Shown here: one piece after another, positions 39,401 to 49,307 of the stretch
Position numbering within the stretch: position 1 is the stretch's first letter
Layout of the letters: every line of letters starts with the position of its first letter
Origin: a virus
DNA length: 64,000 bases
Direction: 5' to 3' (one strand)
Virus record (IMG/VR): IMGVR_UViG_3300036715_000213
Coordinates: 11,997-75,996 of that record
Notes under the pieces: model-generated
Databases searched by the model: none
The model's input: the letters and a program-made list of their open reading frames with translations, nothing else
Told to the model about the DNA's origin: nothing
Translations under genes and position numbers: made by a program

Positions 39401-40324
39401 ACGACCGTCGTTCAGTTCTGATTTCAAGTGTTCACGAGTTGTTACTTTCAAACCAGTTGTAACATAGTCACCGTTTGTGTCATAGTTACGACGAGCCAGA
39501 CCCTTGTCCAACTCATTATATTTTGGATAGCGGCTATGCTCTTCAAGAACGCCTTCATTATAGCGCATCAACTCGATGTAATCGTCATTTACAGCTACAC
39601 TTAAATCCAGAGTAACTAGGTTCAATGTAATTTGTAGACGATCTGCGCCTGGAGCCGCATAATTATATGAGCCCTGAGCTGGATCCAGCAACGTTGCGTC
39701 GTCATCCGATGTTACAACGCTTTCAACGATTTGTAGCAATACGCGAGTGCTTGGAGATGCGCTGTACTTGGAAATAACAACTGATTGCTTATTAACAGTC
39801 GCGAACGTGCCGTTTACATAGTAAACACCTTGGTCGATATTAGCAACTGCGGCTGCACCACATGGTGTTCCGCTTGCTGTGGTAAATGTAGTCGAGATGC
39901 CTTCAACAGTCAACACTTCACTCGCCAGGAATACCTTTTCACCGTTTGTACCGGAATTGCTATAGGAAACATACAGAGTATCAGGATCAGTCAAAGTCTT
40001 AGCAATGCCCTTACGGATGATACCGCGCAAACCGGAAGTCGCACCAACAACAAACTTGCCTTCAAGTGTAGCAATATCGTAGGATGTATCAACCAACTTC
40101 ACATAACATACATTGAAGTCGGAATTGATGTTACCCGGAATAACTACGGAGCCATGCTTAAACACGTGATTGCCAAACTTAGCAATCTGATTCTTCAGTA
40201 TTGATTGAATCTGTGTTAGTTCACGAGCCTGAATACTATTACCCGGCTTAAACAGGATTTGATAGAATTGTTTAGACTCATCAAAGTCGTCATAGTATGG
40301 ATTCGAATTTAAATTGATTGTCAT
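36482..40324 (-). CDS. DUF4815/VrlC-like virion protein, N-terminal half with Pro-rich linker and C-terminal Hint domain
   Basis: NPYYDDFD, LFKPG..IQARELTQIQS, APGADRL, LDFRPR, YTMRD, KSGYLVDNF, NINPFAVF. Confidence 0.8.
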   Translation of the reverse strand: MTINLNSNPYYDDFDESKQFYQILFKPGNSIQARELTQIQSILKNQIAKFGNHVFKHGSVVIPGNINSDFNVCYVKLVDTSYDIATLEGKFVVGATSGLRGIIRKGIAKTLTDPDTLYVSYSNSGTNGEKVFLASEVLTVEGISTTFTTASGTPCGAAAVANIDQGVYYVNGTFATVNKQSVVISKYSASPSTRVLLQIVESVVTSDDDATLLDPAQGSYNYAAPGADRLQITLNLVTLDLSVAVNDDYIELMRYNEGVLEEHSRYPKYNELDKGLARRNYDTNGDYVTTGLKVTTREHLKSELNDGRYVSTAGGDSSKMIYTIAAGKAYIKGFENEKIADTLLTVNKARDVESIQENVINIVPSFGQAFYVTGLSNLPSFKLHSPVTLKDITAGTVIGSATLLAVDFVESNTTTTNAIYKMFVTDIAVGPTHSVDEIGIITYGASEIATVLHKLTVVSTNSLAFTLNEEVESEARCGNVIKYLRPEGVLYVNTRCVGESTPLIGDTILGMTSGGTAKVIDKEVIVKNVTNNLLVPLPYDYTYSAKGDSEVSDISYTVYHEQTVTITGGAGTMTVTGMTINPKEEGNMLLVTSSGIQALSTATVAPDGLSVSFSGISPASSTLSVFCAATVTGASRAPKTKTLVQNVVSAAINPSSATLVLPHADLVRVTKVVQDAGGANELDVTASYSYDNGQTDYFYDRGSITLKAGAQTPAYNVTVTYDYFSHNSGDYFSVDSYTTMSGYYDSPLLSYTSKNDRKTYNLRNVLDFRPRVGTDGTFTGTGASVSKLVQNDSRITATVRHYVGRIDSVIFSKDGTLSIITGTPADVPKEKPLPADSIKLATITVPPYTAKAIDCTVKKNDNRVYTMRDVASLDKRVANIEDYITLSEAEQSAVNYDIVDTTTGLSRYKSGYLVDNFSDADAISDVTDPGFKVSYVSGKIKPLFDRIETMLSPVSVGTNVSIINDIATLNYENVILASQGVSSRITNINPFAVFSWQGALEIVPKDDTWTEVENLADIVKTSTETITEFVFIQPPRPVIITPPIITPAVVIIPPVPKVEIKVTPPPVAATPPVPVIIPIPAPPVVVPPPPAPAPIPAPAPIIAPPPPPVLGPWGWAYLPPSLPLQVIIPSYGGGGCVVLDAWLENGMQAKDINVGMIIPTVDPNTWKRSFDEVTFAETKEQPLYCLTSTLGVKLTCSSTAPIPTINGTLVNAPDMLGKHTVTELNGVLRWEEIIDVKFIGMGLVRHITCGNKCFLAGDVNRNFILHHNIKSVDFYSNKSL
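36521..36919 (-). other. Hint (intein-like) autoprocessing domain, 133 aa
   Basis: GGGG|CVVLDA...AKDINVG...VRHIT...FLAG...ILHHN|IKSV; +1 residue is Ile. Confidence 0.8.
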
Positions 40325-40325
40325 T

Positions 40326-42134
40326 TTAACACTTTATGTATGTTTTGAGTGCCAGGCTTTGTTCCGATGTAAACTTGAACGGTACCTCGGATGCTACTGT
40401 TAGGATGTCACCACTGTATTTATTGACTGCCGGAGAGGATATTAAATCAGTCGCAAACCAAGTTGTTGTACCATCTGATAGCGAACCCAACGGTGGAACA
40501 TTGTTTCCCGATAGCGGTTGCAGGTATGCTGTTGTTGCATCAAACTTTACAACCAAATAGCGATAGTTATTCGCCGAGCGTAGTTCCATATCAGATGCCA
40601 TTCCAGAAGTTGACAACATAGTCATCTTGTATGCCAACAATGCTTCTGATGTTGATGTAAACGAGTTGCTGTACAGTTGACGTGGATTCTTAATGACACC
40701 GTATTGGCGGAAGTCTTGATTAATATCTGAGATTATCGAGTTAGCACTTAGAACTGAGCTGATACAAATCACATCTGCTCCCAGTTCATTCACTGCATCG
40801 TATCCATGTCCATAATATGGAGCCTTAATTGCGCTTACTGTTGCTGTTACTGGACTTCCACCTGTTGGCGCTTCTACTACAAAATCCGCATAGCTGTAAC
40901 CAGAACCAAATGTCAGCATCTTCACGCCAACCAATGTTCCAGTACTCATAATAGCCAGTGCAGTTGCACCCTTACCGTCACCAGTGATAGTAATCTTTGG
41001 TGTAATTAGCGGATCGTACCCATTACCCGCAGTAGTAACCTTTGCTGCATAAATTCCACCAGCCACTGCTAGCTGCTCAACTACAGATTGGTCAGAGATT
41101 GTATCGTTCAATCCAATGTTAGCTGTCAGACTTGCACCAGTACCTGTCCCACCAACTGTTAAAATCATGTAAGAGTAGCCAGTTCCATTGTTCTCAATAA
41201 CAACATCAACAATTCCACCAGCGTAAACCACTGGAGTCAATACAGCGCCAGATCCATCGCCCTTTACAGCAATAGTGGAACTGTTGTTGCTTACATAGCT
41301 AATGCCTGGATCAACAACCAGAACTGATTGAATAACACCAGCAGAAACTATAGCAGTTAGGATTGCTCCACCACTATTCTCTGGATACTTGTGAGTTCCT
41401 GCTCCCGCAATAACAATTGTTGGAGCAGTTGTATATCCGGATCCGCCACTAACAATCTTAACACGGATAATGCTACCCGCTGCATCAATAACTGGAATCA
41501 GTACAGCACCGCTCCCATCACCAGATACAGATAATGTAGTTGCGGATGCGCTTGAGTATCCAGAACCGGGAGCATTGATAATAATATCTTCAACTGCTCC
41601 ACGATTGTAGAAGGAATCACTGATCGCATTTTGAACTGGAATGTATTGACTATTTGTAAACTTGAATTGCTTAAAAGATGGGATTGAATACATGTATTTC
41701 CACACGTAACCATCAGCGGCGCGGAACACTTCTAGCCCATCACCCGCTGATGGTTCAACTGTAGAAGCAACTCCACCATTGTTATCCAAGCACTTGTAAA
41801 CACGAAAAGAGGTGTTTACAACGTAGAAGTTCAAATCCTCCATTGCTACTGTATCATCCCAACGGGCATAGGTAGTTCCAGTCACCCAATCGTAACGATT
41901 AGCACATAGAGAAACATCGTTTGGCATGATTTTATTCATGTATAGCATATTCTCACGGATGCTTGAATCATTAGATAATGTCAATGCAGTAGTGCTTTCT
42001 GGCGGAAAATCCGGTACGCCCCAGCTAGATGCTTTACCTAGATAGTAGTAAAGGTTGCTCTTTTGGAGTTGAACTTCCTTAACAAACTGAGATGCTAGAT
42101 TTGTGTGAAATTCTTGTTTGAGAATTTGTGACAT
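40326..42134 (-). CDS. gp8: Baseplate wedge subunit
   Basis: RYDWVTGTTY, VYKCLDN, DGYVWKYMY, GHGYDAVNELG, DFRQYGVIKNP, KYSGDIL. Confidence 0.88.
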   Translation of the reverse strand: MSQILKQEFHTNLASQFVKEVQLQKSNLYYYLGKASSWGVPDFPPESTTALTLSNDSSIRENMLYMNKIMPNDVSLCANRYDWVTGTTYARWDDTVAMEDLNFYVVNTSFRVYKCLDNNGGVASTVEPSAGDGLEVFRAADGYVWKYMYSIPSFKQFKFTNSQYIPVQNAISDSFYNRGAVEDIIINAPGSGYSSASATTLSVSGDGSGAVLIPVIDAAGSIIRVKIVSGGSGYTTAPTIVIAGAGTHKYPENSGGAILTAIVSAGVIQSVLVVDPGISYVSNNSSTIAVKGDGSGAVLTPVVYAGGIVDVVIENNGTGYSYMILTVGGTGTGASLTANIGLNDTISDQSVVEQLAVAGGIYAAKVTTAGNGYDPLITPKITITGDGKGATALAIMSTGTLVGVKMLTFGSGYSYADFVVEAPTGGSPVTATVSAIKAPYYGHGYDAVNELGADVICISSVLSANSIISDINQDFRQYGVIKNPRQLYSNSFTSTSEALLAYKMTMLSTSGMASDMELRSANNYRYLVVKFDATTAYLQPLSGNNVPPLGSLSDGTTTWFATDLISSPAVNKYSGDILTVASEVPFKFTSEQSLALKTYIKC

Positions 42135-42577
42135 TAATTGACCCTTACGTTCCAGGTAATAACTAAATTATCGGATGTTGTCTTTGTGATAGCGTTGAAC
42201 GCAGTTCGGCACATCATAATACCACCAGTAGATGCAGTAAACAATCCAGCTTCGCGATAAACACCGCTTGTACCTGTTGGATATGTTGTAACAAATGTAG
42301 CAACATTTAGAACAGATGCCCCACTATTAAACACACGGCGAGTCCCACCCATTTCCGCGTCCAGTGTTGTTTGGTCTGCCGCTGCGGCTACATTGGAACT
42401 TCCCAGAGCAACGTAAGTTGCCTTTGTAGATCCACCAGCGATTAGACCCGCAATTAAGTTCTTGCCAGTATCCACAACCATGTTATGGATTTCGCGAGTG
42501 TCTTTAACAACGCCATTAGCATCGATGATTTGGATAGTCAAGTCGCCTATCAGTTTGACGTTATCACTAAAACTCAT
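42134..42577 (-). CDS. Baseplate-associated structural protein
   Basis: NMVVDTG, EAGLF, ITW fibre-anchor-like fold. Confidence 0.6.
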   Translation of the reverse strand: MSFSDNVKLIGDLTIQIIDANGVVKDTREIHNMVVDTGKNLIAGLIAGGSTKATYVALGSSNVAAAADQTTLDAEMGGTRRVFNSGASVLNVATFVTTYPTGTSGVYREAGLFTASTGGIMMCRTAFNAITKTTSDNLVITWNVRVN

Positions 42578-44229
42578 GAACCTACTCCTGTGGCGCTTAC
42601 TCCGCTAACACCTAAGCGGAAGTTGACTGTTACATTGTTGATAGCTGTATTAGCTACAACACCATCCGGATTTGGAGATCCGTGAGTGTTGATAATAGCT
42701 ACTTCACTATTTATTAACTCGAATTTCTTTATCAAAGTGCTACTGAACTTAGTTCCCGCTGGGTGAATCAAGTCAATAGAACTGCGGTACTCGTTGATGT
42801 CACGAGTAGTTTGTAATGAATATGCGTAGGCTTGGTAATACAGATTGTCGTGGATACGACTATTCTGATTAGAAATCAAACTACTATCATCACTGTATGT
42901 TGACTTCTCTTTTGCGTAAGCTGAGTTGACTACTTTGATAGTCGCATAGGATGCTTCCCAAACGACTGGATCTTGTGTTTGTGATTCTTTAACCGGATCC
43001 AATAGCGGCTGATATGCTTGTAGAGTACCCATGTAATCTTCAAGTTGATAGTCTTCGTTGAAGAATTCACTGCCTCCAAGCTGGGTTAGAGAAATAACAA
43101 CACCGTCACCAACTGGATCAGTGTTATCGTATATCGTTAGAGCTTGCTCATAGTGACCGTCATCCTGTTGAACTTGGGTAAATGTGTTTGAGTTACTTGA
43201 ATTATCCGCAATTGATTTGTACGATGAAATTGAGTATTGTTCTGCAGATAGTGGATATCCGTATTGTAGAATCTCAATACCTTCAAGTCCAGTATCAGCG
43301 TTTACCTTTGTGACACGACAGATCGTAGACAATCCGCCAGTTGTTGCTGGAAGCTGGATAATCTGTCCTTTACGCCAATCAGCACCCTTGGTAACAGGAA
43401 CAACACTGCTTGGAGTCGGCTTAACAACACCGGTGAATGTCTCAATGCTATTCTTAGTTACAGTAACCTTGTCTCCGATTTCAGCAGCATAGCCAACTGG
43501 CGGAACAAAGTAGACAGCGTATGTATTTGTGTCTAGTGTTTTAATCTTCACTAGTTCAATAAGGTTCTTGGATGTACCGCTAACAAAGTGAAAGCCTAAG
43601 ACTTCCGCATCAAGATTCGAATTGCGAGTGAGTACTACGTTCTGACTATCAGTAATGGAATCAATAACACCAACAAGCTCGCTATTGATATACAGGGAAT
43701 TACCAATATTCGTAGAATCAAAAGCAGGCTTGCTGCTATGTATATTCTTAGAAGCCTTGCTAGCAGTGATACCGCCGACACCAGCCTTTTTAACTTGGGT
43801 TGTGACAACAATTGGGTCATGCTCTAACAGTGTTCCAGTTTTCTTGGTTACATAGAAAAAGAAGTCACCAACTGCCTTTGCTCCAGACGCAACCAAATAG
43901 TCTGGACGAATGATTTCAACGTCATCACCAAAGTACGCATTAAAGAAATATGTGAACGCTTCTTCTGTACCCTTACGCGAGAAGAAATCCTTATTATTAA
44001 GGATAAAATCCTTCACGCTCATGTTCTTTGGATCGCTAAATCCCTTGGCTACAATGTTCTTGTATAGATGGATGTAATCAGCATCCGCATTATCCAGAAA
44101 TGCAGAGTCAATGGTCTGCAGACTTTCCATGTAGCGATAATACGCTTCAATGAAAGCTACAAGACCCGGATACTCTGCCTGGATAAACTCAGGCAGTTTT
44201 ATACTCGATAAGAGTGCTAATTTATTCAT
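42574..44229 (-). CDS. gp7: Baseplate wedge initiator (gp7-like)
   Basis: LPEFI..EYP..V.F..AYY, KGTEEAF..FF, IHD..YYQ, HPAGTK; follows gp6. Confidence 0.75.
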   Translation of the reverse strand: MNKLALLSSIKLPEFIQAEYPGLVAFIEAYYRYMESLQTIDSAFLDNADADYIHLYKNIVAKGFSDPKNMSVKDFILNNKDFFSRKGTEEAFTYFFNAYFGDDVEIIRPDYLVASGAKAVGDFFFYVTKKTGTLLEHDPIVVTTQVKKAGVGGITASKASKNIHSSKPAFDSTNIGNSLYINSELVGVIDSITDSQNVVLTRNSNLDAEVLGFHFVSGTSKNLIELVKIKTLDTNTYAVYFVPPVGYAAEIGDKVTVTKNSIETFTGVVKPTPSSVVPVTKGADWRKGQIIQLPATTGGLSTICRVTKVNADTGLEGIEILQYGYPLSAEQYSISSYKSIADNSSNSNTFTQVQQDDGHYEQALTIYDNTDPVGDGVVISLTQLGGSEFFNEDYQLEDYMGTLQAYQPLLDPVKESQTQDPVVWEASYATIKVVNSAYAKEKSTYSDDSSLISNQNSRIHDNLYYQAYAYSLQTTRDINEYRSSIDLIHPAGTKFSSTLIKKFELINSEVAIINTHGSPNPDGVVANTAINNVTVNFRLGVSGVSATGVGS

Positions 44230-46031
44230 CTTGACAATGAGAAGACGTGTTCAGTACGTGCGTTGCGGACTTGGGATAGCTTATCAACTAGGATATTTAC
44301 CTTCACATGTTCCGGCTTCATACGGACAATAACACCATTTGGTGGAATAACGTCGTACGAGCTTGGATAAAATACAAATTCAAACTGCTCATCGTATAGC
44401 GATGTTAATGTGATATTGTTTAGGTTAATCTTACCGTTGAAGTCAATAGTACCTACTGTCTCTTGATAGAAAGGTACACCGTTCGCATCTTCAGTGTAGA
44501 ATTCAATATCAGATCCATTGTTCTTCAAGTATCCACGATCAGTATATCCCTTCATGTAGAAGCGAGTGCTAAAGAACGTTGCAGTATTACTTGATGCAAT
44601 TGGGTTATAGAAGTTGATACTATAGTTCTTCTCTACATTATACATCGGCTTTATTGTGTAACGGATACGGATTGTGTTGATTGAGCTAACAATTGACAGC
44701 TCTGTTGAGTCAATCTTTGTAGTCAACACCGAGTGGCGATATGCGCTCTCAAACTTAGCTAGTGTATTTCCATAGTCGTTGATAACTGCGGTAACTTGAT
44801 TAGCCAGTTCTCCAGCAGTGTAAGCAGTCTTACCTGGAGCGTAGTAAACGTTCGCTTCAATTTCTATGTTATAGTATGCTGGATCTACGAACTCTGGAGT
44901 TACTGTAACCATGCTACGACGTCCCAGAATACCTTGCTTAATCTCATTCTTTTCCAGCGCACTAAACACATCGCGACCGTAAGGTTTCGCTGAGATAAAC
45001 ACCTTACCGTATTGTGGTGGAATGTTATCTTGTCCGCCCCATACGTTAATCGACTCAATCTGCGGATACATTTCGGATACGACTGCTGCGTAGTCATTAG
45101 CAGTTACAGCACGGTTCTGGGCTTGATAGCTTAGTGGAGCAAAGAAGCGGATTGATTCCTTATCCTCTTCATCGGATCCCATTGCGCTTGCCAAGTTAGT
45201 GACAATGTCATAACCCTTAGTAGAATCTAGTCCACCTGCGTATGAGAAGATAGCTGCTGCGTTTGCTGCAGCACCGCTCGAGATCAAATAACGCATTGTA
45301 ACGACGCAACCGTTTGGAACAACGGTACCAAATGTACCGTCACCGAATGTTACTTCGTACAAGTTATCCTCAACATGACGAATAAAGAACACGTTATCAG
45401 TGGACTTTGTGTCAACAGTAGATTTAGCATTGTTGTATATTGTAGTGCTGCTATTTGATGGATCGAATACTGAGATCTTGATGGTAGTCGTATCTACGTT
45501 CAGTTCCGGAACAACATAGCGAGTCTCTGGATTAGCGACGTATGTAATCTTACCTAGAGAACCTTCGTATATTAGAACGTTTGAAAATGTGAAGAATGAC
45601 TCGCTTGGGAGTTTAGTTATGCTAATTGGCTCAATTAGATTGAACGTAAACTGAGTATTATTTACTTCAGTTGTGAACGTTGCTCCGGCATCTAGAGTCA
45701 GGGCGTTGGAGCTAATTCCGTAGGTTCCAACGGTAATATCCACGTTTGCACGCGCGCTTGAAACGCTACGTGGAACATAGCCTAGCAGTTTAGCTAGTGA
45801 GGAAATACTACTACGCTTGGATGCGCTATCAATAAACATCTCATTGATAGCCATATTCGTGTAAAGAGCATTGTAGTGCGTATTGTACGCCAACAGATCA
45901 ATTACAGTGGAAATAACAGAGCCGTCAAAGTCGTAATCAGCGAGCTCATCCTGATCTGATAGAAACATCTTTAGATTTTGCTTAATACTAGAAAAATCCA
46001 AGTCTCCAGTATTGATTAAACGGCTTGTCAT
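44226..46031 (-). CDS. gp6: Baseplate wedge subunit
   Basis: DYDFDGS, LLAYNTHYNA, FGDG, QNRAVTANDY, WGG.D..PPQYGKVFIS. Confidence 0.95.
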   Translation of the reverse strand: MTSRLINTGDLDFSSIKQNLKMFLSDQDELADYDFDGSVISTVIDLLAYNTHYNALYTNMAINEMFIDSASKRSSISSLAKLLGYVPRSVSSARANVDITVGTYGISSNALTLDAGATFTTEVNNTQFTFNLIEPISITKLPSESFFTFSNVLIYEGSLGKITYVANPETRYVVPELNVDTTTIKISVFDPSNSSTTIYNNAKSTVDTKSTDNVFFIRHVEDNLYEVTFGDGTFGTVVPNGCVVTMRYLISSGAAANAAAIFSYAGGLDSTKGYDIVTNLASAMGSDEEDKESIRFFAPLSYQAQNRAVTANDYAAVVSEMYPQIESINVWGGQDNIPPQYGKVFISAKPYGRDVFSALEKNEIKQGILGRRSMVTVTPEFVDPAYYNIEIEANVYYAPGKTAYTAGELANQVTAVINDYGNTLAKFESAYRHSVLTTKIDSTELSIVSSINTIRIRYTIKPMYNVEKNYSINFYNPIASSNTATFFSTRFYMKGYTDRGYLKNNGSDIEFYTEDANGVPFYQETVGTIDFNGKINLNNITLTSLYDEQFEFVFYPSSYDVIPPNGVIVRMKPEHVKVNILVDKLSQVRNARTEHVFSLSR

Positions 46032-46420
46032 CTTGTTCTATCCAATGCGAATGTTATGTTGAACGGCTTCTCAGTGTTCTTGATCTTGAAGTTAATGTTG
46101 ACCATAACTTCGTTATTATCGGGCTTTGCATCAATATTTATTGATGTGACAGTTACTCTCGGTTCATGGTTTGTGATTGCATTCAGTATCACCTGCTTCA
46201 TTATAATGATAGTCGTGTCGTCGATTAATTCAAACAGGAAACGGTTTAGCTGCGATCCAATGCTACTATCAAACGGGCGCTCATAGTTACGAGTCAGAAC
46301 AAGGTTCTTAATCGAGAATTTGATTGCCTGCTCATCCTTGCGTAGAGAGATGTCACCAGTAATTGGATTAGCTGCAAACGTTGCATCTATGTCTGAGTAA
46401 TTTCTATATTTGCGTGCCAT
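46028..46420 (-). CDS. gp25: Baseplate wedge subunit
   Basis: SIKNLVLT..YERPF, HEPRV. Confidence 0.93.
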   Translation of the reverse strand: MARKYRNYSDIDATFAANPITGDISLRKDEQAIKFSIKNLVLTRNYERPFDSSIGSQLNRFLFELIDDTTIIIMKQVILNAITNHEPRVTVTSINIDAKPDNNEVMVNINFKIKNTEKPFNITFALDRTR

Positions 46421-46785
46421 TAGTATTTCGCTTCCAAATCTGATATATCCGCAAACTGTTGTGCGAACGTTCCATCGGAGAATCCAGGTTTAGTTCCACC
46501 ACCATCGCCAGCGATTACATTTGGCGATCCTTCTGCATTAAAAGAACCACAAGCAATTTGATCCCCAACTCTTGCCAGCGACTTACCGTTAACAAATACA
46601 GTTGGTGCTCCCTTTGCTTGATGTGAATCGTGGCATTTACCGGAACAATGCACAATCCAATGATCACCAACTCGATGTGCCCCAAGATTATTTATGAACA
46701 CATCTCCGGACGCTGAATCGTTTGGGCGCGGTGGCCAGGGTCCATGACCCGTACATATATCACCTAATCTTACTGCTGCTGGCAT
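46420..46785 (-). CDS. PAAR spike-tip protein (T4 gp5.4-like)
   Basis: PAAVRLGD.CTGH, AHRVGD, LARVGD..ACG. Confidence 0.9.
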   Translation of the reverse strand: MPAAVRLGDICTGHGPWPPRPNDSASGDVFINNLGAHRVGDHWIVHCSGKCHDSHQAKGAPTVFVNGKSLARVGDQIACGSFNAEGSPNVIAGDGGGTKPGFSDGTFAQQFADISDLEAKY

Positions 46786-49307
46786 TATGCTACCGAGATG
46801 ATTGTTGTTAGGTTCGGGCTAACACGTTTGTCGTTTACCATTGTAAACTTCTCCATACGCAATCCACGCTTGTCGTTAAACGCAACATGAATCCATGTTG
46901 ATGATCCACGAGTCTCAAAAATCAACTGAGTATATGCTGGCAATAGTTTAGCGATTTCAACGGCTGCTTCGTAATGTTGCATACGGTTAAATCCGCTCAA
47001 CTGGAAGTCACAAGCACACCCATATAGGTGATCGGATGTTGTAGATCCGCCTTTTGGAACGCTATTACGGAATCCGCTGGTTGGGTGCATGTTTGGATAC
47101 GCCTTCTTGATTGGCTCGAGACAGTTTTCAGCCAGCTTCTTTAGGTTACATACTGCTTCAGCTCGAGTGAGTTGAACTGCTGGAGGTGAGCTTAGACGAT
47201 CTCCATTCAAGTCTCTCAACTTAAAGTTTGGACTCAACTGGAACGACAAGTCAACAGGACCTTCGTTTGGAATCATCGAGCAGTCAGTTACCTTTGGATT
47301 TGGTTTTTTCTGATCAGTTGTGTCTTTAATTTCTTCAGTTTGTGGCGCACTATCATTTGGTGCTTGAGTTGGATCCGAGCTGTCAGTTACACCACTTGCT
47401 TCCAGCTTCTTATTGTAATCTGTTGGATCTCCATCCTCTGGAGTTTCATATTGAGCAACTTGTTCATCGCTACGAGTCGGAACTTGAAGTGTTGGGAAGT
47501 CTGGCAAGCCACCAGCCGAACCTTTTCCAGTTACATTACTGAGACTCTGTCCTTTACCGCTGTTCAAGTCAAGACGGCTTCCATCCCATGAACCAGATCC
47601 GCCAGTATTGATCATAGTGTTACCGCCAGAAGCGATGTTAATATCACCCTTGACATTCATGTTCAAATCACCAGTAATACCCAGGTTAAAATCGCCACCA
47701 ACTGTTTGGTTAACGTTACCAAGTACATCAATGTTAGCATCGTTTTCGACGCGAATATTATTATTCCCAATGATTGTCACGTTCAACGATCCACGAATTA
47801 GAACGTTACCGTTCCGTTCCAGGATTTCATATGCGTCACCAACAATACGATTAACTCGTGTTCCGTTAACATCAATTTCCTCATATGTTCCGGAGCGGTG
47901 ATATGTATGGATACGTTCGTTACCCTCTGTATCATCAAACTCTTGTACGTGTCCGCTTTCAGTTACACGCGCATGATTATATGGATACTTGGCATTGTAT
48001 GGGATTGGAGGTTGACTCCATTTACCGTCGCCTCCCGAGATAACACCCTTTGCGCGTGCTGACTCTTTAGCAAACACAATAGTCTGGTCAATCTTTTCGT
48101 GACGTGCTAGACGATGTGTATCCGGCTCATCGAAGAACTTTGGATAAACGCCGTTTGGATCCTTAAATCCTTCTAGCTTACGAGTTTCAGTAGTCGTTGA
48201 TCCAGTTTGTTTCGCATCAGCTGCACCTGGTTGTTCCCCGGGCGCGTATGGAGTGACAACTGGATTTTGAGTTGCGGCATCAACTACTGGTTGTGTTTGC
48301 TCTGGAGGTGGAGTAACACTACTCATGTCCTTTGTTGGGAATCCATCCTTACTAAACAGAGCTTTTTCACGACCGCGGCGCGCAGCTAATGTGCCTTTGT
48401 TGTTTCGAAATGTAGTAATCAAGGCAGCAGCTTGTTCGTAGTTTGCCGCATTGACTGCACTGAATACTGCGGAACTTGTCATGCCATCAACACCCGCATT
48501 GTACGCCATGGATACAAGCGCATCAAACATACTTTGAGTAACTGGAGCAGTCAGCTTCTTCTGTATCTGTGGACCAAAAAAGTTGTTAACTGCATCCTTC
48601 ATCAACGCATCCGCTTCATCCTTTGTTAGACGAGTTTCTGATGTAACTGGATTCGATTTACCACCATTGAGAAACGTAGATCCCCACCCAATAGTCCAGA
48701 TACCCTTTGTATCTTGATATGGATATATTGGAGTATTTCCAGCTAAAGCATTGAACTTCTCGACACGGATGTAATTGTTCTTACCTTCAACAGTGCTACT
48801 GAACGCTTCTTCATCTCGGATGCTAGTAAAGCAATCAGGACCAGGAACTAAGGCAGACGTTGGCTTCTTGATTGTCGAATCAACTGCGCTTAACTTACCT
48901 TCTGGAGCCTTTGGCGTTCCAGATTGTACTGGATCACCCGAGCTGTCTTTGAGAATAAAACCGTCGGATGTTGTCCAAACTGCTGACTCAGTAGTAAGAA
49001 CAACCTCTACTGACTTATCAACAGGTTTAACAGGAATACCAGCAACTGATCCAATGATGATTGGTTGCTGTTGATTTTCATCGCGGAAAATAACAATAAC
49101 AGTCGTACCCTCAACCAATCCTGTTGGCGATTGTCCAATACCGCTATTAGCAGCACTAGTGATTGGCTGCATAATTGTAGCCCAAGGTAAATCTGCTGTT
49201 GGTAACTCTACTTTGTCTGGCGAGTGTAATCCCAAGACACGGACACGGCAACGGCCCAGTTTTAGCGGGTCGTTTAGACGATCTTCAACTACTCCAACAT
49301 AGTACAT
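46785..49307 (-). CDS. gp5: Baseplate hub/spike with lysozyme and C-terminal M15 peptidase
   Basis: DPLKLGRCRVRV OB-fold, YQDTKGIWTIGWG lysozyme, YPYNH..ESGH..EFDDT..ERI beta-helix, SGFR..SDH..ACD..WIHV peptidase. Confidence 0.92.
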   Translation of the reverse strand: MYYVGVVEDRLNDPLKLGRCRVRVLGLHSPDKVELPTADLPWATIMQPITSAANSGIGQSPTGLVEGTTVIVIFRDENQQQPIIIGSVAGIPVKPVDKSVEVVLTTESAVWTTSDGFILKDSSGDPVQSGTPKAPEGKLSAVDSTIKKPTSALVPGPDCFTSIRDEEAFSSTVEGKNNYIRVEKFNALAGNTPIYPYQDTKGIWTIGWGSTFLNGGKSNPVTSETRLTKDEADALMKDAVNNFFGPQIQKKLTAPVTQSMFDALVSMAYNAGVDGMTSSAVFSAVNAANYEQAAALITTFRNNKGTLAARRGREKALFSKDGFPTKDMSSVTPPPEQTQPVVDAATQNPVVTPYAPGEQPGAADAKQTGSTTTETRKLEGFKDPNGVYPKFFDEPDTHRLARHEKIDQTIVFAKESARAKGVISGGDGKWSQPPIPYNAKYPYNHARVTESGHVQEFDDTEGNERIHTYHRSGTYEEIDVNGTRVNRIVGDAYEILERNGNVLIRGSLNVTIIGNNNIRVENDANIDVLGNVNQTVGGDFNLGITGDLNMNVKGDINIASGGNTMINTGGSGSWDGSRLDLNSGKGQSLSNVTGKGSAGGLPDFPTLQVPTRSDEQVAQYETPEDGDPTDYNKKLEASGVTDSSDPTQAPNDSAPQTEEIKDTTDQKKPNPKVTDCSMIPNEGPVDLSFQLSPNFKLRDLNGDRLSSPPAVQLTRAEAVCNLKKLAENCLEPIKKAYPNMHPTSGFRNSVPKGGSTTSDHLYGCACDFQLSGFNRMQHYEAAVEIAKLLPAYTQLIFETRGSSTWIHVAFNDKRGLRMEKFTMVNDKRVSPNLTTIISVA

